DNA of 64,000 nucleotides from a bacterium (GTDB lineage: Bacteria > UBA8248), in the NCBI GenBank assembly GCA_022828125.1, contig JAJEJD010000012.1:193309-257308 (forward strand), read 5' to 3'. The position numbers and the translations under genes were made by a program. How positions within the stretch are numbered: the stretch's first letter is position 1; the number at the start of each line of letters is the position of its first letter. The notes below the pieces were generated by a model. That model was not told the origin of the DNA. It did not search any database and saw only the letters and a list, made by a program, of their open reading frames with translations. This document shows, piece by piece, positions 56,743-64,000 of the stretch.

Positions 56743-57518
56743 TCATGGACCCGAACAACAATCCGCTTCCGCGCGAAATCGCTCCCGGCATCCTCTGGCT
56801 CGGCATCTGCCACGAACAGCACCACAAGGGAAAGATCTACCACAGCTACAATGCGGCCTTTCTCCTCATCGGAAAAGAGGGCGCGATGCTGGTCGAGACG
56901 GGCCACCAGGGGGATTACCCGGTCATTTCCCGCCAGATTCGCGAAATCCTGGACGAACGCGGCTCGGCGCTCAAATATCTCTTCCTCTCGCACCAGGAAA
57001 CGCCCCATTCGGGCGGGCTTGGCCGGCTGCTCGAAGACTACCCCGAGATGACGGTCCACTGCGACGTGAGCGACTACCATCTCTCCTACCCCGAGCACGC
57101 CCACAGGCTGAGGCGCATGGAAGTCGGCGACACAGTCGACTTAGGCGACAGGCAGTTCATTGCCGTCGAACCCGTCATCCGCGACCTGAGAACATCGCTC
57201 TGGGGGTTCGACACCGGCGCGCGCGCCCTCTTCCCGGGAGACGGGTTCGCCTACAGCCACTACCACTGGGACGGCCACTGCGGACAAATCGCGGAAGAGG
57301 CCACCTCGCTCGATCTGGCGGATGTCCTGGGCGTGTTCGCGGAGCGCGCGCTGTTCTGGACGCGGTTCGCCGACATGAACATTTATTCGGATCGCCTGGA
57401 AGAACTGATCGAAGAGCTTGACGTCGCCGTGGTCGCGCCTGCCCACGGTCTTCCGATTCTGGATCTGGCGGTCACCATGCCCAAGGTGCGCGAAGGTCTC
57501 ATTGCCGGAAATCTTTGA
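56739..57518 (+). CDS. MBL-fold (ODP-like) protein, paralog 2
   Basis: AFLLIGKEGAMLVETGHQGD...LFLSHQETPHSGG. Overlaps the upstream stop (ATGA). Confidence 0.4.
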   Translation: MIMDPNNNPLPREIAPGILWLGICHEQHHKGKIYHSYNAAFLLIGKEGAMLVETGHQGDYPVISRQIREILDERGSALKYLFLSHQETPHSGGLGRLLEDYPEMTVHCDVSDYHLSYPEHAHRLRRMEVGDTVDLGDRQFIAVEPVIRDLRTSLWGFDTGARALFPGDGFAYSHYHWDGHCGQIAEEATSLDLADVLGVFAERALFWTRFADMNIYSDRLEELIEELDVAVVAPAHGLPILDLAVTMPKVREGLIAGNL

Positions 57519-57527
57519 GGAGGGCCG

Positions 57528-58721
57528 ATGGACTTTTCCCTGACCGACGAACAAAAAGCGCTCCAGAAACTCGCGCGCGATTACGTCGAGCGGCACGTGC
57601 GCCCCATCGCCGCGGAGTACGACAAGAACCCGGATCCCCTCGACTGCATCCCCTACGACGTCGTCGAGGAAGGCTCGAAGTTAGGCTTGCGCACGCTGGC
57701 GCTGTCCGATGAGCGCGGCGGCGGGGCCGACATGCTCACTCTCTCCATCGTCGGCGAGGAGCTCGGCGCCGGCGATCTCGGCGTGGCCGCCACCTTCGAT
57801 CAGACATGGAAGTTCACCCCCATCCTCGAGCACTGGACGAACGACGAGCAAAAAGAGCGCTTCCTCCCGGCGTTCGTCTCGGACCACCGCTATCACCTGG
57901 CGACGTGCATGACGGAACCGGACGCAGGCACCGATCACGTGCTCCCCTACCCCGCTCCCGGCGCGGGCGTGCAGATGCGCGCAGATCGCGACGGGGACGT
58001 CTACCGCCTGAGCGGCGTCAAGAGCTTCATCAGCAACGGCGGGACGGCCAGGCTCTACATCGTCTACACGCGCACCGACAAGACGCAAGGGGGCTTGAAG
58101 GGCATGACGCCGTTCCTCGTTCCGGCGGACACGCCGGGCCTGAACGTCGGCCGTGTCCACGACAAGATGGGCAGAAGGCTTCTCAGCAACGCCACCCTCG
58201 TCTTCGAGAACGCGGAAGTCCCCGCCGTCAACCGGCTGGGAGAGGAAGAGGGCCAGGCCGAGGCGCTTCGCACGAGCCGCATCGCCCGGGGAAGGGGCGG
58301 CTACGGGGCGACCGTGCTGGGCGCGGGCCGGGCCGCCTTCGAGGAGGCCGTGCGCTATTCACAAGAAAGGGTGCAGGGCGGGAAACCCATAGGCCAACAT
58401 CAGGCCGTCGCCCAGATGATCGGGGAGATGTACACGAGGATCGAGACGGCGCGCTCGGTTCTCTGGCGCACCTCGTGGGCTGTGGATCACGCCGAGGAAT
58501 ACGATCCCAAAATGTCGTGGCTCACCAAGGTGGTCTGCTCGGAGGCCGCGTATGAGGTCTGCCGTCTCGCACTGGAAGTGCACGGCGGACTCGGCTATAT
58601 GCGCGAGTGCCCCGTCGAGAAATACCTGCGCGACGTCATCTCGTTTCTCCACGGCGCAGGCAACAACCACATCTACCGGATCAAGATAAGCTCGAGGATC
58701 ACCGGCCTGCCGGCCGAATAA
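57528..58721 (+). CDS. acyl-CoA dehydrogenase family protein
   Basis: LATCMTEPDAGTD, plus the C-terminal ...RDVISFLHGAGNNHIYRI ACAD pattern; 397 aa. Confidence 0.8.
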   Translation: MDFSLTDEQKALQKLARDYVERHVRPIAAEYDKNPDPLDCIPYDVVEEGSKLGLRTLALSDERGGGADMLTLSIVGEELGAGDLGVAATFDQTWKFTPILEHWTNDEQKERFLPAFVSDHRYHLATCMTEPDAGTDHVLPYPAPGAGVQMRADRDGDVYRLSGVKSFISNGGTARLYIVYTRTDKTQGGLKGMTPFLVPADTPGLNVGRVHDKMGRRLLSNATLVFENAEVPAVNRLGEEEGQAEALRTSRIARGRGGYGATVLGAGRAAFEEAVRYSQERVQGGKPIGQHQAVAQMIGEMYTRIETARSVLWRTSWAVDHAEEYDPKMSWLTKVVCSEAAYEVCRLALEVHGGLGYMRECPVEKYLRDVISFLHGAGNNHIYRIKISSRITGLPAE

Positions 58722-58783
58722 CGCCTCGATGAACGTCTCAGAGCGAGACGGACTTCGCCAAAGTCTTTTCCAGGCCGCCCGGG

Positions 58784-59176
58784 TCAGGCCTGTATGAGTT
58801 CGATGGGCATTTCCTCGGGGCCCTCGATGAAGGCGGCGAACTTGCCGCTCACGTGGACGGGCATCTCCTGGATAATTGTCACCCCATTGGCGCGCATATC
58901 CTCCAGTAATCCTGGCAGGTCATCCACTACGAAGCAGAAGTGATGGATTCCGTACCCCTTGGGGCGGGGGCCGTCCGCTTCCGTGAGTCCGTCCGAGGGC
59001 CGGGGGGTGCGCACGCTGAGCGTCCCTTCCCCCACCCGGAGGACGAGGTTGCGCGCCCCGGCCGGAAACTGCTCGGCCACTATCTCACTCCCGAAGAAGC
59101 GTTCGAACCAATCGGCTACCCCGTCGGGATCCCTGCTGATCATATGGACATGATGAAATGCGCCGACAATCGCCAT
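58784..59176 (-). CDS. VOC family (glyoxalase/bleomycin-resistance fold) protein
   Basis: FHHVHMISRDPD...GIHHFCFVVDDL paired beta-alpha-beta-beta-beta pattern. Confidence 0.65.
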   Translation of the reverse strand: MAIVGAFHHVHMISRDPDGVADWFERFFGSEIVAEQFPAGARNLVLRVGEGTLSVRTPRPSDGLTEADGPRPKGYGIHHFCFVVDDLPGLLEDMRANGVTIIQEMPVHVSGKFAAFIEGPEEMPIELIQA

Positions 59177-59518
59177 TTTCTTGATTTCTCCTCTGCGCCA
59201 AAGTCAACACCGTATATTCAGCCGCACTCCCCTCCCTGCCACCTTTCAAACCGCGCACTGCGCAAAAACCCGACCGAACCTTCAAGCCTGCAATCGGAGG
59301 GGAATCGCCATCCTGTGTGTATTTCACCATATGCAGGGTAAGGAGAATCGATTACGGGAGCAAGGTGACGAAAGACCTGAATTCAAAATAGAATCATCAA
59401 TTCGCCGAGTGCGAGTCCGAGACCAGGGAACACGCCGCTTGAACGGCTCCCCCGCCCCGGCTTTACATTGCGGCGTATGAGCCCGGCTATCGACTTTACT
59501 TCCTGAAGGAGACCGAGA

Positions 59519-59944
59519 ATGCCGAAACAGATCGAATGTGTGGACTGGCCCGACAGGCTCGACGTCTGGACGCCCTACTCGATGGCCATCAAGGCGAGCG
59601 GGGGGACGACCGTCTATTTCGCGGGCGTCACGGCCGCGCCGCCCTATCACCACCACCCCCACCGGCCAGAGGAGTTCGACACGCTGCCGGACGATCTGCC
59701 CACCCAGACGCGCATGGCCCTCGAGAACTTGAAGAAAAGCCTCGATGCCGTGGGCGGGGCGTTCAGCGACATCGTCTTCTTCCAGTTCTTCTCGACGACG
59801 ATGGAGGGCGCCGAGGAGGCGGGGGCCATCCGTAAGGAGTATTTCGGCGACCATCGGACCGCCTCCACCACGCTTCAGGTCGTGCGCCTCGCCACCGACC
59901 CCAGGTGCCTAGTGGAGGTCAACGCGATAGCGGTCGTGGATTGA
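59519..59944 (+). CDS. RidA/YjgF family protein
   Basis: 141 aa; VYFAGVTA...RTASTTLQVVRLATDPRCLVEVNAIAV has the RidA C-terminal signature. Confidence 0.65.
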   Translation: MPKQIECVDWPDRLDVWTPYSMAIKASGGTTVYFAGVTAAPPYHHHPHRPEEFDTLPDDLPTQTRMALENLKKSLDAVGGAFSDIVFFQFFSTTMEGAEEAGAIRKEYFGDHRTASTTLQVVRLATDPRCLVEVNAIAVVD

Positions 59945-60096
59945 GGAGGACCCTCGGCCATTTTCCGGGGCGCGGCGCGAGCATATGATCGCCATTTTTT
60001 CATTGCCCGCTCCCGCCGCTCTCGGCTATCATCCCGTCTGGTCAAACGAGGACATACGAGGACGACTCGAGGCGCACCTACCCTTCACCCCGGGGA

Positions 60097-60978
60097 ATGG
60101 AGCGTCATACCCAACCCAGAGGAGCCACGGCGGTGGACATCATCAACGAAGTCGGCGCAACCGCATTTTTCGTATCCTCCATCCGCGCCATGGAGAAGAA
60201 GCAGGAACACAAGCTGTTCGACGACCCTTACGCGGCGTGGTTCGTGAACGAGGAAATCGAGGGAAAGGTGCAAGAGCAGATAGAAGTTTTTCCGCCCTCG
60301 AGGGAGCTGGTGCGTTTTCGGGTTTGCGTCATGAGCGAGGTCGTCGAGCGCGCCATCGCGGACGGCGTGAAGCAGATCGTCTCGCTCGGCGCGGGCTTCG
60401 ACATGCGCGCCCACATCTATCAGACCGAGGGCGTCCGGTTCTGCGACGTCGACCAGCCTGCGGTCCTGCAGTTCAAGAACAAGGTGCTCGAAGCAGGCGG
60501 CGTCACGCCCTGCGCCGGGATCGAGTGCAATTACCTGGAAGTCGACCTGCCCCGGGAACTCCGCCAGGCGGGTTTCGACCTCGAAGCGCCCATCCTGTTC
60601 ATATGGGAAGGCAACACCATGTACCTCCCGCTCACACTTATCCATGACTTCCTCGATAAAATGCGCACGCAGGTTCCCAACATGACCATCGCTTTCGATT
60701 ATCTCTCCGAAAAGGTGATCAACCGCACCTCGGGTGATGAGAGAATCAGCGAATTCACGGACCTTTTTGAAAGCAACTTCGGGGTGAAATGGGTGACGGG
60801 CTTCGACGACCTCTCCGTTCTGACGGAAAAACACGGCCTCGAAGTAGTGAAATCTGAAAGCCTCCTGGAAGTCGGCGAGCGGCGCGCACCGGAATCCGCA
60901 GCGGCCATCGAGGAGTTTATGGACGTCACGGCCGACCTGTTGAAACTCTACTCCTACTGCGTCCTCAAGGCGGCCTGA
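60097..60978 (+). CDS. class I SAM-dependent methyltransferase (LCM/Ppm1-like O-methyltransferase family), paralog 1
   Basis: DDPYAAWFV..., IVSLGAGFDMRA, PILFIWEGNTMYLP are typical of LCM-family methyltransferases. Confidence 0.7.
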   Translation: MERHTQPRGATAVDIINEVGATAFFVSSIRAMEKKQEHKLFDDPYAAWFVNEEIEGKVQEQIEVFPPSRELVRFRVCVMSEVVERAIADGVKQIVSLGAGFDMRAHIYQTEGVRFCDVDQPAVLQFKNKVLEAGGVTPCAGIECNYLEVDLPRELRQAGFDLEAPILFIWEGNTMYLPLTLIHDFLDKMRTQVPNMTIAFDYLSEKVINRTSGDERISEFTDLFESNFGVKWVTGFDDLSVLTEKHGLEVVKSESLLEVGERRAPESAAAIEEFMDVTADLLKLYSYCVLKAA

Positions 60979-60983
60979 GTTCC

Positions 60984-61826
60984 ATGGACATCAACGAAAT
61001 CGGCGCGACCGCGTTCGTCATTTCCTGCATGCGGGCGATGGAAAAAGACCAGGAGCACAAGCTGTTCGACGACCCCTACGCGGCGTGGTTCGTCAACGAG
61101 GCGATAGAGGAGAAGGTCCAGGAACTGATACGCGTTTTCCCGCCCTCGGTGGAACTGGTTCGTTTCCGGGTTCGGGTCATGAGCGAGGTCGTCGAGCGCG
61201 GCATCGAGGACGGCGTGAAGCAGATCGTCTCTTTGGGCGCGGGCTTCGACATGCGCGCCCATATCTATCAGACCGAAGGCGTGAGGTTCTGCGATGTCGA
61301 TCAACCGGCGGTGGTCGAATTCAAGAACAAGGTGCTCGAAACCCACGGCGTCACGCCCTGCCCCGGAATCGAGTGCAACTACCTGGAAGTCGACCTCCCG
61401 GGAAAACTCGCCGAGGCGGGCTTCGACCTCGAAGCCCCCATCCTGTTCATATGGGAAGGCAACACCATGTACCTGCCGCTCGACCTGATTCATGATTTCC
61501 TGAGTCGATTGCGCGCGCGCATTCCGCGCCTGGCCATCGCCTTCGATTATTACTCCGAAAAGATCATCAACCGCACGTCCGGCGATGAGAGGATCACCGA
61601 AATCACGGATATGTTCGAAAGCAACTTCGGGGTGAAATGGGTGACGGGTTTCGACGACCTCTCCGTGTTCCAGGAAAAACACGGCCTCGAAGCAATCGAA
61701 TCCGAAAGCCTCATGGAGTTCGGCGAGCGCCACGCGCCGCAGTCCGTGGCGGCTGTCAAAGAGTATATGGGCCAGGCGGCCGACCTGTTGAAACTGTATT
61801 CCTACTGCGTGCTCAAGGCGTCGTGA
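60984..61826 (+). CDS. class I SAM-dependent methyltransferase (LCM-like), paralog 2 (tandem duplicate)
   Basis: About 75-80% amino acid identity to the upstream gene, with runs above 90% nucleotide identity (for example 60390..60445 versus 61230..61285). Confidence 0.7.
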   Translation: MDINEIGATAFVISCMRAMEKDQEHKLFDDPYAAWFVNEAIEEKVQELIRVFPPSVELVRFRVRVMSEVVERGIEDGVKQIVSLGAGFDMRAHIYQTEGVRFCDVDQPAVVEFKNKVLETHGVTPCPGIECNYLEVDLPGKLAEAGFDLEAPILFIWEGNTMYLPLDLIHDFLSRLRARIPRLAIAFDYYSEKIINRTSGDERITEITDMFESNFGVKWVTGFDDLSVFQEKHGLEAIESESLMEFGERHAPQSVAAVKEYMGQAADLLKLYSYCVLKAS

Positions 61827-62101
61827 ACTTTACGTCCACCCCGGCGGCGCTTCTAAAAAGCTTGGACTTAGAAATCACTCCCCTCTTGAGGGGGTTGTTG
61901 AAAAACCCCATCGCAGAGGAAGTGACGCCTCCGCCTCCGCCCGGTTTCGGGTCTTGGCCGTCATTCCGGCCGAGGATGACTTTTTCAACAGCCCCTTGAG
62001 AGGGAAAAGGCCACACGAGAAAAAGCAGGGACAGGTCGCGACCTGTCCCTGCCAGAAACGCAAAATTCGACGATATCTAAAACAAGCTTACCGCCAGATT
62101 C

Positions 62102-62479
62102 CTACAGCGTAATAACCAGATCAGGCGCGGCGGGAGCGAGCGCGGCGTAGAGTTGCGGGAAGCAGCCTGCGCCCACGCCGGCCACCAGGCCCTTCGCCTT
62201 GACGTCGCCCGATCCGCACTGCTCGAACGTGCCCTCGGCGAGGTTGCGCCGCACGGCGCACTGATCGCAGACCATGAGGAGGATGTTCTGCTCCGCGGCG
62301 ACCTTGGCCAGGCGCTCGCCCACCTCGTCGCCCTCGCGCAGGCAGAACAGGTTGTCGTCGAAGAAAAACATGCCGACGACGTTCACCCCGTGGTTGCCGG
62401 CTTCTAGTTGCGGCAGGATCATGGTGCCCAGCTTGTAGGTCGCCGACATGTCGGTGGCGAAAACGTATGCGATGTTCAT
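62102..62479 (-). CDS. DsrE/DsrF-like family protein
   Basis: 125 aa; NIAYVF...LLMVCDQCAVRR pattern. Confidence 0.5.
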   Translation of the reverse strand: MNIAYVFATDMSATYKLGTMILPQLEAGNHGVNVVGMFFFDDNLFCLREGDEVGERLAKVAAEQNILLMVCDQCAVRRNLAEGTFEQCGSGDVKAKGLVAGVGAGCFPQLYAALAPAAPDLVITL

Positions 62480-62610
62480 CCTTCAGGTTCCTCCTCGCGT
62501 GCGTCTCTCGACTGGCGGATAATGACCTTGCTGCCCCTGTTATTCCGATCAATCTTTATTTATTTTTCACTTGGAAGCGGGTGCGAGCCTCTCACCTCAG
62601 GCATCCGGCG

Positions 62611-63438
62611 TCAACGCCACCTTCTTATCCAGAGGAGTTTCCTGAACGAGAGTGTATCCACCGCGCGCGCGGGTTCGACCCGCTCGACTTGCCCCTCCTT
62701 CACGGTGAAGAAAAACAGCTTTTTGTAGATACAGCCGGAGGGGCAGTCCCCCCACGCCTTGCGGATGACGACATGCCAGACGCCGCCCGTTTTCGCCGCC
62801 TCGATGTCGGAGCCGTCGCCCAGGTGCGCATCGGACTCCGCGTATTCGACTCCCGCTATCTTCCGGTATGCCCTCCGCCCCGCCCCGACGTTTGCGCGCT
62901 CGCTCAGGTGCATGACGAGGACGCCGGTGTGGCGGTATGGCCGCACGGCCTTTAACCCGAGCTTCGCGTTCAAGGCGTCGAACGCCGCATTGCCGGTGCG
63001 CAGCGCCACGGGTTCGTTCTTGTCTTGAAGGAGGTCTGCGACCGCGCGGAACAACCCGGGTTTCACGCCCAGGAGAAGCACCCCCGGCAGATGGGCCGCA
63101 CGGGCGGATATTTTCGCCACTTCGGGGTGCGCGTATCTCAGCCGCTTGAGCATATCCTCGATTTCACGGGCAAGTTCGCGCCGCCGTTTCTCATCGAGGA
63201 GCAACGCGTCGCTCTCTCTCGCCAGGATGCGGTGAGCCAGAAGGGCGGCCTCGGATACCTCGGGAGGATTCGGGGATTCGGCGCGCACGACCATCGGAGC
63301 CGCATCCGCCACCCAGGCTTGCGTGCTCAGCGAAACACCGGAGACCGCCAGCAGAAAGCAAATCGATGCGAAGCAAACCCGCATCGTCATGAATGGATTG
63401 TCACAACGCATTTTGTGATGAAACAGACGCCAACTCAT
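62611..63438 (-). CDS. hypothetical secreted protein
   Basis: Signal peptide MTMRVCFASICFLLAVSG; no recognisable domain. Confidence 0.4.
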   Translation of the reverse strand: MSWRLFHHKMRCDNPFMTMRVCFASICFLLAVSGVSLSTQAWVADAAPMVVRAESPNPPEVSEAALLAHRILARESDALLLDEKRRRELAREIEDMLKRLRYAHPEVAKISARAAHLPGVLLLGVKPGLFRAVADLLQDKNEPVALRTGNAAFDALNAKLGLKAVRPYRHTGVLVMHLSERANVGAGRRAYRKIAGVEYAESDAHLGDGSDIEAAKTGGVWHVVIRKAWGDCPSGCIYKKLFFFTVKEGQVERVEPARAVDTLSFRKLLWIRRWR

Positions 63439-63482
63439 CTTGTCGAGTCTCCATTATGGGTTTCGCCGTCCATGTATTTCCC

Positions 63483-64000
63483 TCATCCTGCCGCGCGGAG
63501 GCGCGGGCCGAGCCACAGCCCCCACGCCGCCAGAACGAGCAGCCCCGTGAACGCGAGCGCCCACGCGGCCCCGCCTGTGGGAAACAGAATGACGGCCACG
63601 GCGACGGCTCCGTAGAGCGCGCGTTCGGGCAGGCACAGGGGACGCTTGAGGTATCCGCTGAGCGCGACCGCCCAGGCGCCCGTCGCGCAGAACAACGAAA
63701 CACACGCCAGGGCGACCCACCCAAAACCGCCCTGCCCCAGCAGCCTCGGGTCGAACGCGAAGGCGAAGGGTATCAGGAACGAAACGAGGCTCAGGCGAAA
63801 GGCGATGAGGCTCGTCTCCATCGAGCCTGCGCCCGAGATTCCCGCCGCAGTGAACGACGCCAGCGCCACCGGCGGCGTGACCATCGAGAGTACGCAGTAG
63901 TACATCACGAAGAAATGCGCCGGCAACTCGGCGATGCCTAAATCCTTTAACGCCGGCGCGAAGAGGATCGCCCCGATGATGTAGGCGGCGACCGTCGGCA
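63483..64000 (-). CDS. TRAP transporter permease (fused DctQM/TAXI-type), partial; N-terminus beyond the window end
   Basis: The reading frame stays open to position 64000. ...AYIIGAILFAPALKDLGIAELPAHFFVMYYCVLSMVTPPVALASF is the TRAP large-permease C-terminal pattern. Confidence 0.6.
   Translation of the reverse strand, partial: PTVAAYIIGAILFAPALKDLGIAELPAHFFVMYYCVLSMVTPPVALASFTAAGISGAGSMETSLIAFRLSLVSFLIPFAFAFDPRLLGQGGFGWVALACVSLFCATGAWAVALSGYLKRPLCLPERALYGAVAVAVILFPTGGAAWALAFTGLLVLAAWGLWLGPRLRAAG

Noticed and set aside
60979-60983. Possible read-through or fusion between the two LCM methyltransferase paralogs
   Set aside because: The second gene is in a different frame and has its own ATG directly after the first gene's TGA, so these are separate genes.
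1-64000. Transposase, integrase or phage genes as a source of the repeat elements
   Set aside because: No ORF with DDE/HUH transposase, integrase or phage structural features was found. The elements appear non-autonomous.

Overview
This is a 64 kb, high-GC (roughly 65%) bacterial chromosomal segment, densely packed with metabolic and transport genes on both strands. I saw no rRNA or tRNA genes, no CRISPR array, and no transposase.

Genes I can support:
- Ammonium transporter (amt), truncated at the window start.
- Carboxymuconolactone decarboxylase (CMD) family proteins, a class III aminotransferase, a fumarylacetoacetate hydrolase (FAH) family protein, and a dienelactone-type hydrolase.
- Two CoA-transferase family III paralogs.
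- Phosphoglycerate mutase (gpmI), a Zn-dependent alcohol dehydrogenase, and the branched-chain amino acid ABC transporter livKHMGF.
- An EamA-family transporter, an S41 peptidase, a GT2 glycosyltransferase, and a hydantoinase A/B pair.
- A short-chain dehydrogenase (SDR), two alpha/beta hydrolases, a class IV aminotransferase, and a CsaA-like tRNA-binding protein.
- A radical SAM protein followed by rimO, and a SAM methyltransferase.
- An esterase autotransporter, a ricin-B lectin, and two QueG-like Fe-S paralogs.
- The tripartite tricarboxylate transporter tctCBA, two MBL-fold (metallo-beta-lactamase-fold) proteins, an acyl-CoA dehydrogenase, and VOC (glyoxalase/bleomycin-resistance fold), RidA and DsrE-like proteins.
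- Tandem LCM-type methyltransferase paralogs and a TRAP permease, truncated at the window end.

Two things stand out:
- Three ORFs continue in frame through a TGA that sits inside a redox-type motif (C-N-Y-U in a CMD/AhpD-like protein, D-U-G-S-C in a small protein, V-U-P-L-C in a roughly 297 aa protein). Each TGA has a hairpin just downstream on the mRNA, so all three look like selenoproteins that the ORF track splits. Two of them sit in one apparent minus-strand catabolic operon.
- The intergenic regions are saturated with mosaic palindromic repeats. One family is MITE-like, with about 36 bp terminal inverted repeats in six copies. Several others are GTAGGGG...CCCCTAC, GTAGGGACAGG...CCTGTCCCTAC and TCATTCCGGC...GCCGGAATGA palindromes, plus a recurring GGGCTGTTGAAAAAGCCC hairpin motif.

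I also found an orphan parD antitoxin with a clear sigma70-type promoter, and a DUF433/DUF5615 toxin-antitoxin-like pair.
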